Below are positions 25,512 through 38,863 of a stretch of DNA of 64,000 nt, one piece after another. Made by a program: the position numbers and the translations under genes. The stretch is from Mobula hypostoma. Its lineage: Eukaryota. The notes beneath the pieces were generated by a model. That model was not told where the DNA came from, made no database searches, and saw only the letters and a list, made by a program, of their open reading frames with translations. Positions within the stretch are counted from its first letter, which is position 1. Each line of letters begins with the position of its first letter. Where the stretch lies: positions 221,466,001 to 221,530,000 of the forward strand of contig NC_086097.1 in assembly GCF_963921235.1 (NCBI RefSeq), written 5' to 3'.

Positions 25512-25927
25512 TCAATCAATAATCATAAAACATGGGGGAGTTGTTGTTAAGTGCTACTATGTCATGACCCAGGTTTCTACATTACTCACCAAAAGACTTA
25601 ACGTCAAAGCCTGAGACCAGCCTAATCTATTGTTAAGCCACTCATCAAATGAGGTAATGCATGCAGGTGATGGTAGCTTAGTGCTTGGTGGTTACCAGAT
25701 TACATTGTATTAACTAATTCATTCATTTAACAGATCGTTCGTCAAGAGAATTAGCATTAAAAGATCAATACAATAAACTGCTACTGTGGAAGCAAAAAGA
25801 TTTTAAACAATTCAAATCTTTTATTATCAGCTGAACATCATTATGATGTTAGGAAGTGGAGCATTTATTTGTGCTCATACATCACTTCAATTTTTCACTT
25901 TTAATGGCATCCAGATATCAGTCTTAC

Positions 25928-26070
25928 CTCAAGGTCACTGTCTGGAGGAGGAGACGGGTTATTATTTCTCCTACCCCTGCCACGTGATTTTCCATCTGAA
26001 GCTCTACGTAACCGATCCGACTCTGAATCTTTAATGGTTGCGGATGGACTGTGGATGGTACCAAATTCAC
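25928..26070 (-). CDS. EYA1: EYA1 coding exon (143 nt, phase 1->0): (G)[47 protein letters not shown]
   Basis: Acceptor ttttgtatttcag and donor GAG|gtaaga. The basic RGRGRR motif and [13 protein letters not shown] lie immediately before the EYA domain. Confidence 0.98.
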
Positions 26071-26289
26071 CTGAAATACAAAATGACTTTCACCTTCCTC
26101 CTTCACTTGAAGGGTTTTTATACAAGTGTGTTTGCTGCATCTTAAGAGGGAATAAACTTACAACCAGGCATTAGTATGTTGGATGATGTAGAGGATTCTT
26201 TTTTTTTTGGTGATAAAGACAAAATTGGAATTGTAAGATTAATAGATGAATGTTAAATCCATTCCTGTGATACTCTACTTTCTGTATTA

Positions 26290-26800
26290 GGAACATAGAA
26301 ACATTGAAAGCCTACAGCTCAATACAGGCCCCTTGGCCCACAAAGCTATGCCGAACATGTCCTTGCCTTAGAAATTACCTCAGGTTACCCGTAGTCCTCT
26401 ATTTTTCTAAGCTCCATGTACCTATCCAAGAGTCTCATAAAAGACCCTATGGTATTCATCTTCACCACCGTCGCCAGCAGCCCATTCCATGCATTCACCA
26501 CTCTCTGCGTAAAGAACCCCTGACATCTCCTCTGTGCCTACTTCCAAGCACCTTACAACTGTGCCCTCTCACGTTAGCCATTTCAGTCCTGAGAAAAAGC
26601 CTCTGACTATCCACACGATCAATGCCTCTCATCATCTTATAGAATTCTATCAGGTCACCTCTCATCCTCCATCTCTCCAAGGAGAAAAGGTCGAGTTTAC
26701 TCAACCTATTCTCATAAGGCATGCTCTCCAATCCAGGCAACATTCTTGTAAATCTCCTCTGCACCCTTTCTATGGTTTCCACATCCTTCCTATAGCGAGG
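26290..26800 (-). mobile_element. 5'-truncated CR1-clade LINE 3' end, 220 nt upstream of an EYA1 exon
   Basis: Peptide IERVQRRFTRMLPGLESMPYENRLSKLDLFSLE..RMRGDLIE; tail aacatagaaacat. Confidence 0.9.
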
Positions 26801-26936
26801 CAACCATATTTTGGAAAGTAATTACTAAATTAGTCTTCAGATTCCAATTATCATGGAAAGTTCTAAATACTTCTCACTATGACAGATCTTTGAAAAATTT
26901 CAACTTTTTATTTAATTCATCAACTTAACTACAGCA

Positions 26937-27016
26937 CAGGGGTTCCCAACCTGGGATTCACAGACCCCCTCATTAATGGTAGGGGTTCATGGCCCAAAAA
27001 AAGTAGGGAACCCCTG
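26937..27016. mobile_element. 80-bp hAT/Charlie-type MITE
   Basis: TIRs caggggttccc...gggaacccctg; flanking 8-mers ctacagca / ttataaca form a decayed TSD. Confidence 0.7.
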
Positions 27017-30000
27017 TTATAACAAAGCTTTTAACTCCAAGTGTTATTGTGGTTTTACAGTCACTTTCTCACTTGTGAATCTGAAGATTGTGGGGGCAAG
27101 GCCTCAACCAGCTTCATATTCTAGCTGTATTTTCAAAGATCCATCTTTAGGATCGTCAGGAACCCAGATGGTCATAGGAACATCATCAAAAAAACATGGA
27201 TTACTGGGCCATCTCTTTATTTTCTGCCTACCTCACTGTAACTATACTGCAAATTGTTCTAAATAGTTTTAAACGCAAGGCATATAAAGCATTACAAAAC
27301 CGGTTTATTCTTCAAAATCAGATTTAGTGATTTCTGAAGGCTCTTCTGATATGGCAGTTTGGGTAATGGAATTTACATTTATGGAATTCACAAATCACTC
27401 GCAAAAAATCCAGGATATGGAATCAATCTTATGAAATTTAGGTGGAAAAAGTCTAAAATAAACACAGTATTTACTTTTTTCTATGTGGACCCCACTTTTT
27501 ACAAATGCAGCCCCCACACCAGTAACACAGTTGTAACCTGCACTGCACTCCCAGAAACAGAGTGCAGGTTTGCATGTATTATCCTGGCAGAAAAGAGACA
27601 GAAGGCATGGGTGGAGAATTATTAAAATGGGTCACAGATGGGATTTTGCTGGGATTAACAGTTTTGCCCCACCTCAAGCTATCAGCCTACTTTGACATAT
27701 GAAGGGGAGTTATTCTGGGATATCAAAGTTTCCATTTTATGCACATTTGAATTGCTGGAATCTGATAAAAAATGTCTATAGCACTTAATAAATTAGCTCA
27801 AATGTGATTTGATATAAACCAGTATGATTGGCATCAAGTAGGAAAATCTAATACTATCATGGTTAATGGTAATGATGTATTTATCATACTTCGAGGGACA
27901 GGTATGTTATGAGACCCACTCTGAAATGCTGAGTTACACCGTGTGTTAGCTGTAAAGCTCAAGACCACTGGAATGAAGAATGGGAAAACACTAGTAAACT
28001 CAGCAGTTGTTATTTCTCTGGCAATTCTCAGTAATAAGCATGTAAAGCAAAAATTCTGCATTCAAACCACAATCTCTGGCACAAATGCAACATCCCCAAT
28101 TCATTTTAAATGTAGATTTGTAAATGTGCTCTTTACTAACATGGGGAAACCTTTTGTCCTCATCCTGTGGGTCTACAGCTGCATGTATATTTGGGGCTGT
28201 TCTCCATGTGCACTGTAAGAGTGCCAATTTCTTCATCCCTTTCCATTGAAGTGGGCTCTTACTTTATTGAGGGGATGAGTCCAGATCAGGTGTTGGTACC
28301 CACTACATAAATGGACTAAACCAAGAAAGATCTGGGAAGACTAGCTGTTGCCGATACTTAACAAGACAGCAATTCTTTTGCCGTGGTCACATATGCCCAA
28401 GTGCTGGAACCTGAAAATCTAAACTTTTAGATACAGATAATTCAAGATATAATTAATACGCTCAATCACTTTATTTTCTTCCCTGACAAATGATCATTGA
28501 CCTGATACATTTATTAGCTTCCCTTTTCATATTTGCTGCTTGACTCACTAACATTTTCCTGTATTTCTGCTTTGAGTTGGATTTCCAGGATTTGTTGCAT
28601 ATTATCTTCAGATAGCTATATTGTTCTACTCTCAATGGCTGGGGTCTACTTTATCTTTTTTTGTTTTGAATCACAATGATAGAATTTCCTGTGATCTGTA
28701 TGATGTTCGATGCTGTGCCCAATTAGCTGACAGCTTCAAATAAGTGCATATTATATTTCAACAAGTACTTTTTCAAGGCAGAAAATGGTCCAAATTGGCA
28801 CAGTTATAGAAACTAAGTTTTCAGTAAGTTCTGAACCATGTCGTCATAGCTGTTATCAATATCTTTGTCTGCACAGATGTTACATGGCCTGTTACTTGCA
28901 TTTAACAGTGCCTTATTGTGTTAGTTTTGCTCTAGTTAGTTAAATGGCAGACTTAAAAGGAATTAGAACATAGAAGACCTACAGAATAATACAGGCCCTT
29001 CGGCCCACAATGCTGTGCTGAACATGTACTTACTTTAGAAATTACCTAGGGTTACCCATAGCCCTCTATTTTCTAAGCACTATGTACTAATTACTTAAGT
29101 ATTTAGCTGACTTCCATGATTTTTTTTTCCCATGGTCAGCACTTGTTTCCTTTGCAAATACTTGTCCAACAAACTTTCTGACAGATTCCAACAAATGCAA
29201 CCCCACACTGTTTTTTCTGAAAATGGACCCTTGCAAAACTTCAAAAAGAAATGTATAAAACACGTCCAGGAGGAATATCTGAATTATAGTAACTTTACTA
29301 CCCTTTACAGAGCAGTAATTATAAAACTGTGTAAACAGTATTCTGAATTACATTTGCCTGCTCTTCAAAATACCTGAGCACCTCTGTTCCGAAAATAGAA
29401 TGGACAAATTATTGGCAGTTTATTTTCTTTAACTGCTATACTTGAGTGAACTTATAACTTGGAAATCTTTTTCCCCTGATGGCTTTTATTCTATTTTTAG
29501 GTACTCTGTGGGCCTAAAATGCTTAGATGTTTCTTTCTGTATCATTATTCTACAGAATAATCATTTTGGAGGAGGAATTTCTGCAATGGTTACAGAAGTG
29601 GCAGTGTGTAATTTGACTGATCAAAGTTAACTTCTCATTAAATTCTAATGTCTTGCATATTGTATCGTATGTGAGGCATGTGTGAAGAGTTTGGATGGAA
29701 GTAGGATTTCTTAAAATATGAAACTATTTAAATCATGCAATTCAACACAAACTCCTTTGGTGAACAATAAAAAAGCATATATTCTTTTAACCCTAGCTGT
29801 AATATATCATTTTCAGCTTTGGAAAATAAAGCACCTCTGTTTTGGCACCCTGAGGTAGCCATCCATTCAACAGGAATGCAATGTGTCCAGAGAGTTGGTG
29901 GTCACTGTGAATACTAGCACCACACATTTTTGCTTGGAGGTGTTTCATCAAATACGTATCTTCACAGGGTTAAAAAACACACGATAGGCTGAACAAATCT

Positions 30001-30459
30001 GTCACAAGATCCCAGTTACTTAACCCATCATTCATCTGAGTCTGCATGCTCAGTTGAGGAAGAGTTTTTTTATCAGTATTGTATACGTGCACAATCTTCA
30101 CTTGAAAATTACAACTGAAAATCGTCTCAAATTCACATCTGAACAATGAAATAGTTCAAAGTTGAAAAGTTCAAAGGAAGTTTTATTATCAGAGTGCGTC
30201 ACCATATACAGCTGAGATTCATTTTCCTGTGGGCATACTCAGCAAATCTATAGAATAGTAACTATAACAGGATCAACGAAAGATCAACCAGAGTGCAGAA
30301 GGCAACAATCTGTGCAAATGCAAATATAAATAAATAGCAATAAATAATTATAACATAAAATAACAAGATAAAGAGTCACTAAAGTGAGATCAATGGTTGT
30401 GAGAACATCTCATTGGTTAGGTAGGTATTCCTTTTTGTTCAAGAGGTTATTAGTTCCTA

Positions 30460-31540
30460 AGACAAAAGAGCAGAATTAGGCCATTTGGCCTATCGGGTCT
30501 GCTCCACCATTCACTCATGGCTGATCCTTTTTCCCCTCCGCAGCCCCACTTGCCAGCCTTCTCCCCGTAGCCTTTAATGCCGTGTCCAATCAAGAACCCA
30601 TCAAGCTCTACTTTAGATACACCCAACGACCTGGCCTCCACAGCTGTCTGTGATAATAAGTTCCACAAATTCACCACCCTCTGGCTAAAAAAATGTCTCC
30701 ACATCTCTGTTTTAAATGGTGCTCCTCTATCCTGAGCCTGTGCCCTCTTGTCCTAGATTCCCTGACCATGGGAAACATCCTTTCTCCATTTACTCTGTCT
30801 CATTCTTTCAACATTCAAAAGGCTTCAATGAGATCCCCCTCATTCTTCTAAATTCCAGTGAGTAGAGCTATTAAACATTCCTCATATGATAACCATTTCA
30901 GTCCCGGAATCTTCCTTGTGAGCCTGCTCTGAACCCTGTCCAATGCCAGCACAACTTGTCTTAGATAAGGAGCCCAAAATTGTTCACAATACTCAAGGTG
31001 AGGTCTCATCAGTTCCTTATAAAGCCTCAACATCACATCCCTGCTCTTGAGGAAAGATGAGGCAGTGGTGATTGTGGAGTCAATTGATAGGAATGAGGTT
31101 ATGGAGTACTTAGTGACACAGGACAATGTAGGACAAAGTCAGCATGGTTTCAATAGACAGTGGGTGCAGGAGTAGACCATTCAGCCCTTCGAGCCAGCAC
31201 CACCATTCACTTAAAGGAAAATATTGCCTGACGAACCTGTTGGAATTCTTTGAGGAAATTACACACAGGATAGATAAAGGGGATGCAGTGGATATATTTG
31301 AACCTTCAGAAGGCCCTTGACAAGGTGCCACACATGAGGCTGCTTACCAAGTTAAGAGCCCAAGGCATTACAGCAAAGTTACTGGCATGGGCTCTTACCA
31401 ATTGACTTCAACATCTTAACAACCACTGAGATCAGGCTAACAGTCTAAATAATTTTCTTGCAGCTGCCATCCGCCTTTCTTAAAGAGTGGAGTGACATTT
31501 GCAATTTTCCAGTCCTCTGACACCACATCAGAGTCCAAAC
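30460..31540 (-). mobile_element. Rearranged CR1 fragment with an internal inverted segment (~31050-31388 on +)
   Basis: Minus-strand 3' UTR/RT end, then plus-strand RT (gtggagtcaattgataggaatgaggtt...ttgacaaggtgccacacatgagg), then minus again. Confidence 0.75.
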
Positions 31541-31559
31541 CTGTAGAATCCTGCAGATT

Positions 31560-32200
31560 CAGCTCTTTTGTTTTTTGAACATTGAGGGAGAGGTTGTTAT
31601 CTTAACACCACTGTGTTAGGGTGTTAATCTCTTCTCTGTAGGCTGTCTCGTCACCACCAGAAATAAGGCACCTGCAAATTTGATCAGCAGACTGGAGCTG
31701 TGTGTGTCAGCACAGTCGTGGATGTAAAGCGGGTAGAGGAGGGGATTCAGGACACAACCATGGGGGGCACCTGTGTTGAGGGTCAGCGGGGCAGAGGTGA
31801 GGGAGCCTATCCTTACCATCTGATAGGAAGTCCAGGATCCAGCCGCACAAGGTGGGGTGCAGGCCGAGCTCTCTGAGCTTCCTGTCATGTCTAGAGGGAA
31901 TTATAGTGTTGAATGCTGAACTGTAGTCCAGGAACAGCATTCTAACATATGCATCCCTCTTCTCCAGGTGTAGTGCTGAGGCTACGGCATCATCGGTAGA
32001 CCAATTCCTTCGGTAGGTGAATTGTAGGGGGTCCAGTGTGGGTGGTAGGATGCTGCAGATGTAGTCTTTAACCAGCCTCTCAAAGCATTTGGTAATAATT
32101 GAGGTTAGTGCAACAGGGCAATGATGGACAATTTGAAACAGGAGGGCATGACACACTGGAAGAGGGAGAGATTAAAACTGTCCATAAACACACCAGCCAG
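31560..32200 (-). mobile_element. Rex1/Babar-like LINE RT fragment; a related 3' tail lies at ~30150-30450
   Basis: Peptide [16 protein letters not shown]...[17 protein letters not shown]...[19 protein letters not shown]...[14 protein letters not shown]. Confidence 0.9.
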
Positions 32201-32684
32201 TCGTGAAGACTACTATGAAGAGAGTGCTTCTTCAACAGCCTTTCTATGTGTGTAAAATCACACACATCATGGAATGTAACGGTAGATATGAACTTTCTGG
32301 CACGTAACCAATGGACAACGGCAACCAACTAACTGACCTTGCCAGGGAAAAATATCTAAAGGACCAAAGACCTTTCCTAAATCCCGGCATGATGACACTT
32401 GGGATGTGTCCTGCTTGAGTTGGCTGAGGGGGATGTAATGCTTAAGGAATATAAAAATAAAAGCAGGCTAAAGAGGCTTAAGATAAATAAAATGGGTCTA
32501 GATTGAACCTTTGTAGCTTGAAAGAGTGAGATACCTTTTCTTGGCCTAGAGAGCTGGATGACAAGCTATAAGATTGGGCATTTGCAAGGCTCATGTCTGA
32601 GGGCATTCAGCAGAGCAAAAATTCATGGCAAGTTATGTCTTATGGCCTTCACAAGAAGCAGAAATGGGGAAGGTAGATTTTTAA

Positions 32685-33980
32685 TAGAGTCAGAGTCATA
32701 GAACACTACCAGCACAGAAACAGGCCCTTTGGCCCATCTAGGCCATGCCGAACTATTATTCTGCCTAGTCCCATTGCCCTGCACCCTAACCATAGCCTTC
32801 CATACCACTCACATCCCTGCACCAATCCGAATTTCTCTTAAATGTTGAAATTGGACCTGCATCCACCAATTGTGCAGGCAGCTCATTCCACACTCTCACA
32901 ACCCTCTGAGTGAAGAAGTTCCTCCTTATGTTCCCCTTAAACTTCTCACTTTCACCCTTAACCAATGACCTCTAATTCTGATCTCACCCATCCTCCAAGG
33001 AACAAGCCTGCTTACATTTGCCCTATCTACACCCCTCATAATTTTGTACACCTCCATCAATTCTCCCCTCATTCTTCTATATTCTCGGGAATAAAGTCTT
33101 AAGCATTCAGCCTTTTCCAATAACTCAGGTCCTCAAGTCCCAGCAACATCCTTGTAAATTTTCTCTGCACTCTTTTAACCTTATTTACATCTTTTCAGTA
33201 TGTAGGTGACCCAAATGCACACAATACTCCAAATTAGGCCTCACCAATCAATGTCTTGCACAATTTCCACATAGCATCCCAATTCCATATTCAGTACATT
33301 GATTTATAAAGGTCAACATGCCAAAAGCTTTCCTTATGACTCTCCCTATTTGTGACACTGTTTTCAAGGTATTATGGATCCATTTTTCCAGATGCCTCTG
33401 TTCTACCACACTTCTCAGTGCCCTACCTTTCACTGTGTAAGACCTGCCCTGGTTGGTCCTCCCAAAATGCAACACCTCACACTTGTCCGCATTAAATTCC
33501 ATTTGTCATTTTTCAGCTCATTTCACCAAATGGTCAAGATCTCACTGTGAGCTTTGATAGTCCTCCTTGCTGTCCACTATGCCCCCAATCTTGGTGTCAT
33601 TCTCAAATCTGTTAATCCAGGTCACTGATATAGATGACAAACAACAACAGACTCAGCACTAATTCCTACGGCACAACCACTAATCAGAGAAGCAACCATC
33701 TACTACATCTCTCTGGTTTCTTCTGTCCAATCCAATTTTCTTCTCCACCTTGAACGCCAAGTGACTTAAATTTCTTGACCAACCTCTCATGTGGGACCTT
33801 GTCAAAGACCTTGCTAAGGTCCATGTAGATAATGTTCATCAACCTTCCTGGTAACTTCTCAAAAACTCTAAAACATTGGTTAGATACAATTTACCAAGCA
33901 TAGAACCATATTGACGATCCTTAATCAGTCTCTATCTATCCAAATACTTATATATCTGGTCTCTTCGAATATTTTCCAAA
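32685..33980 (-). mobile_element. CR1-clade LINE 3' half (second subfamily)
   Basis: Peptides MEFNADKCEVLHFGRTNQ and RRMRGELMEVYKIMRGVDR; tail atagagtcagagtcatag. Confidence 0.9.
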
Positions 33981-34653
33981 CCCAACATGATGAACCAACA
34001 ATAAGAACACAAGCCTGGTGCATATCACTCTCAGGATTCAAATGCCTCAGGATAAGGGCTACATTCATTATGTGATACTGATTATAGTTCTATATAGCCT
34101 TCACCTATCTGATCCCAGGCCCAACCACATGTGGTACTTAAACCAAAGTATCTTTCTAAAAAGATAGTACTATGGATGTGCAGAGATAAATTGCCTTGAT
34201 AATTTATTTTACTTGAGGCATCGCTCAAAGACTTCCTGAAATGTGTCATTGAGTTTACCAGTTGCTGTTACATGCCCACTTTAGAAAAGTGCCTATATAT
34301 ATTTTCCATACCTAACTGCCCTTGCACTGAGGAAGTAGTTAAGAGTCACTCAAACTGTGGGCTTGGAGTCACACAAAAGAGAGACTGTGTATGTAAAGCA
34401 GATGGGGAGGACAAGTCATCCCCAGCATTGAGCGTATCTACAAGGAGAGCTGCCACAAGAAAGCAGCATCATTCATCAAGGACCCCCACCATCCAGGCCA
34501 TACTCTCTTCTGATTGCTGTAATTGGGAAGAAGATACAGGAGTCTAACATCCCACACTACTAGGTTCAGGAACAATTATTACTCTTCAACCATCAGGCTC
34601 CTGAGCCAGTGTGGTAACTTCACTCATCTGAACTCTGAACTGATACCATAATC

Positions 34654-35259
34654 CAGTGGTCGCCAACCTCCGGGCCGCTAAGCATGCAGGGGTGCAGCGG
34701 TAGCCGGAGAGCACCCAGCACATTTTTAAGAAAAAAGCCGAAATAAACAATCTAATTAATTAGGTGCCACCTGGCATGTAAATGTCGGCCCAGATCAGAG
34801 GCGATTGCCAATTTCACTTGCTCTACGTGATGTTCACTCCTCTTGCCAGGGCGCTGGAGCCTTTAGCTGTTCCATTGTTTGGTCAATTTAAACACCAGCC
34901 CAGACAGGCTGAAAAGATAGGATCGAGGTGTCATGTTGAATCTACACAAACTTCTAATAAAGTATAGGCGCTGCCGTGCTTTCTTTGTAATGACAATTAC
35001 GTGCTGGTCCCAGGACAGATCCTCTGACACTTTTCAGAGAGAGAAACGTCGATCCTTAATGCCGAAGAATTTAAAGTTATTGACCCTCTCCACCTCACTT
35101 CCTCTAATGGAGACTGGCTTCTGGGCGGCACCTAATTAACTAGCTTGTTTATTTCGGCTTTTTTCTTAAAGATGTGCTGGCTGCTCTCTGGCTACCGCTG
35201 CACCCCTGCACGCTTCATGGCCCGGTATCGGCCTACAGCTCGGAGGTTGGGGACCACTG
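34654..35259. mobile_element. Non-autonomous hAT element (606 bp) with long subterminal inverted repeats
   Basis: TIR cagtggtcgccaacctcc / ggaggttggggaccactg; perfect 8-bp TSD ccataatc at 34646-34653 and 35260-35267; inverted arms ~34654-34771 and ~35124-35259. Confidence 0.93.
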
Positions 35260-35423
35260 CCATAATCAATAGACTCACTTTCAAGGTTTCTACACCTCAT
35301 GTTCTCAATATTAATTTTATTTTTGTATTTGCACAGTTTTGTCATCTTTTCGCGTCGATTGTTTTTCAGTCTTTGTTTATGCGTAGTTTTTATTGATTCT
35401 ATTGCATTTCTTTGTTCTACTGT

Positions 35424-36311
35424 TGTGATGAGAATACACATAGATTAAGATGTTAGCTGTCCTGTGCTGGCACCAGTGGGATCAGCAGTTGGTCTGCCAC
35501 CTGTCTTCAGGAGAAAGAGAGATAAGTAAAACAATAGAGCAGCATTTGGAAATGTTAATTAAGGGACGGAAGGAGAGCTGTCAAGATCGGCCCCCCTTTG
35601 AACCCTGAACTGTTTGAAGTGATGGACAGGCGATACCCCAGCAGGGGGATAAAAAGGGACAGGTTCGCTAAGGCAAGACACACATGACACCCCGAGGTAA
35701 CGAGACCCTGGAAGCGGTGCGTCTCCCACAAGTCGGTGGGAGGTTTTGGAGGGCTGGTCGCGGGACCAAGCCATAGATGCACAGGGTGGAAAGGTATGAT
35801 CGGCGGGAACCTGGTGTGTGTCCGCCCTTGCCTGGGTGCCAGGTTCATCGCAGAGAAACGATCGTATCTGGAAACGGAGGGGTCACAGTCGGTGACCTCA
35901 GAAGACATCACTAAGGGCTCGCCCGAAAGCTGACTGCGAAGAATATCGAAGGTCTGTGTGGAAGCTGTTTGAATATTCATTTGTTTTTGCTCTCTCTCTC
36001 CTTCCCCCCACTGTCCATCTCCCACGGCAGTGATTACTGTGAACTGAACTGAACTCAATTGAACTGAACTTTGCGTCACTTTGAAACTGGTCATTTACCC
36101 CTAGACGACGATAGAGCTTGATTGATCCTGTTATCCTAATTCTGTGTACATGTGTGTTTATCATTGCTGAACTGTTGCATTTATTATCCTTTTGATTAGA
36201 GTACTGTGTTGCTTGTTTCTTTAATAAAACTTTCTTAGTTCCAGTAATCCAGACTCCAACTGAGTGATCCATTTTTGCTGGTTTGGCAACCCAGTTATGG
36301 GGTACGTAACA
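35424..36311 (+). mobile_element. Solo LTR (888 bp, family A)
   Basis: Termini tgtgatgag...tacgtaaca; 4-bp TSD ctgt (35420-35423 / 36312-36315); TATA-like gataaaaag near 35648; AATAAA near 36223; second copy at 52853-53736. Confidence 0.92.
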
Positions 36312-36599
36312 CTGTGAATGTCTGCAAGAAAATAAATCCCAGGGTAGTACATGGTGACATACTCATACTGTATTTGATAATAAATTTGCTTGGACCTTTG
36401 AGCTATTGACCTTACCTGAAGGACATCAGTGAATCATGTGGGTTATCACAATAATCTGGTGCCTTTATGGTTACCATCACAGCGTCAAATTTCATTTTCT
36501 TTTAAATTCCAGATTAATTTACTGTTAACTTTTGCAACTACAAAAGTGGAATTCAAACTCAATGCCTGGATCAATGACCCAGAACTCTGGAGGTTAGTC

Positions 36600-37848
36600 C
36601 TGCAACTGAACCATCTGGACAGTGAAGATGCATACATCAGGATGCACTTCATTGACTACAGCTCGGCATTCAGTGCTACCATCCCCTCAAAACTAATCAA
36701 TAGCTTCAAGACCTTAGGGTCAATACCTCCTTGTGAAACTGAATCCTTCAGTTCGGATTGGCAACAACTTCTCCACAATCAACCTCAGCACAGGTGCACT
36801 ACAAGACTGGTGTTTAGCCCCTTGCCCCACTCAATTTATAATATGACTGTGAGGCTAAGCACAGCTCCAATGACATACTTAAATTTGCTGACAACACCAC
36901 CGACTCTGGCCATATCATAGGAGGTAACGAATCTGCATATACTGCAGGAGGGAGATTGAAAATCTGGCTGAGTGATGCCACAACAACAACCCCTCATTCA
37001 ATAGCAGCAAGATCATGGAGCTGATTAATGACTTCCGGAGGAAGAAACCAGAGGTCCTTGAGCCTGTCCTCACTGATGGAGGCGGGGTGGAAATCAGAGA
37101 AGGAGAGGGTCAGCAGCTTAAAATTTTTTGGTATTATCACTTCAGAGGCCGGGTCTTGGGTCCAGTACACAAGTGCCATTACGAAAAAAGCATGGCAGCA
37201 TATCTCCTTCCTTCAAATTTTGTGGAGATTTGGAATGTCATCTAAAACTTTGACAAACTTCCATAGATGGGTGGTGCAGAGTATACTGGCTGGTTGCATC
37301 ACAGCCTGGTATGGAAACACTTGAATGGATAAATCCACAAATAGTAGTGGATACAGCCCAGTCCATCGAGGATAAGGTCCTCCCCATCATTGAGCACATC
37401 TACATGGGGTGCTGTCACAGGAAAGCAGCATCCATCATCAGGCTATGCTCTCTTCTCGCTGCTGTCATCAGGAAGAAGGTGCAGAGGCCTCAGGACTCAC
37501 ACCACTAGGTTCAGGAATAGTTATTACCCCTCAACCATCAGGCTCTTGAACCAGATGGGCTAACATCACTCAACTTCAGTCTCCCTATTACTGAACTGTT
37601 CCCACAACGTATGGACTCTTCAACTCGTCATTGATATTTATCGCTTATTTATTTATTGTTTTTTTTCCCCCTTTGATTTGCAGTTTGTTGTCTTTCGCAC
37701 ACTGTTGTTTGTCCACCCTGTAGGATGTGGTATTTTATTGATTCTATTGTGTTTCCTGTATTTACTGTGAATGCCCACAATAAAGTGAATCTCAGAGTTG
37801 TATATGGTGACATATATGTACTTTGATAAAAAATTTACTTTGAACTTC
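36600..37848 (+). mobile_element. Rex/Babar-like LINE, decayed RT + 3' UTR
   Basis: Peptide HLDSEDAYIRMHFIDYSSAFSATIPSKLI and QSILAGCITAWYGN; tail aatttactttgaactt. Confidence 0.88.
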
Positions 37849-38688
37849 AGATCTACTGTATTGCTAACAGCTGTTAGGCCAAAATAATGAAGGAAATTTT
37901 ATTTTAATTGACATTCACCTTGACTTGAATAGGTTTCAATTGTTGCTAGTTCTTTTTCTACGTCCACTTGTTGATGGATCATTATCTACCTATTTCTAAT
38001 TCTTGTCTAACATGCCAACCTTTAAACACGGAACTTGGAGAACACAGGTGACAACAAGTGGAAGGTCTTCTCCCACTTACACAAACCCAGCCAGATATCC
38101 AAACCTTCTTTTTAGCACAGATATAGTTTTTCCTAATTCTGAGAACCACTCTATACTTTCTGCTAACTAGTTGGCTCCACAGACAGGAACATATCTTAAG
38201 AGAAGAGGTCAGCATTTATATCCAAGGAGCTATTCTGGCAAACATACAGTTTCTAGCTGCAAAGTAGTTTTTTAAACAACTGAATAGCTCACTGGACCAA
38301 TACCAAGTCCATTGAGTCTATGACATCAATGTTGCTATGGAGTCAAATTGAGGTCAAATTTGGGAAAAACATCATATACCTTTTACAGTATTAATAATCA
38401 TTAATGAACCAGCTTGGCTTTACAACACTTAGCTGTGTCAGGATCAGAATTCCTGTTTCCAACATTTTTTGTTCAAGATTTGCCAAGTTAAGTTTATTTA
38501 AATTCCCCAAAAGGCACAATGAGATTTAGCGCACATCTCCAGATCTGTATTCCACGTGATTAGGTTAGGAATTGAATTACGGAACTAAGTTACCTCAAAT
38601 AATCTGAATCCCTGAATATTTTACTTCCTACACTTAGCTCCTGAAAGTAAATTTCCACAGCAGGTAAATTTAGAAGTGTTTTTATTAC

Positions 38689-38863
38689 CTGTAACGGCAT
38701 CTGTAATAGCCTGACTTGTGACAGATGGTGCACTTTGGAGTTGATATGTTGTAGTGGTCGAAGGAGGTGCTGGACTGCTGTTGTTGCTTGTCATATAAGT
38801 ATATGGAGAATTATTATAATACTGTGCATATTGCCCCTGGCCAAAGCCCGTGTAAGAATATTC
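38689..38863 (-). CDS. EYA1: EYA1 coding exon (175 nt, phase 0->1): [58 protein letters not shown](G)
   Basis: Acceptor ccttttctag and donor CAG|gtaata. Contains the EYA-specific [11 protein letters not shown] and TYQLQ motifs. Confidence 0.96.

Larger units (their letters stand above)
34405..36400 (+). mobile_element. Rex/Babar-like LINE 3' end, interrupted by a hAT MITE and a solo LTR
   Basis: Colinear with the uninterrupted tail at 37380-37848 once the two inserts are removed. Confidence 0.8.

Noticed and set aside
25924..26106. 60-aa minus ORF in the track
   Set aside because: It overlaps the true EYA1 exon in the wrong frame; the splice-defined frame gives the EYA1 peptide.
35555..36094. 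179-aa ORF with homologous peptides at 53129-53678, suggesting a duplicated gene
   Set aside because: It lies within the solo LTRs; the frame is not conserved between copies and no protein motif is recognisable.
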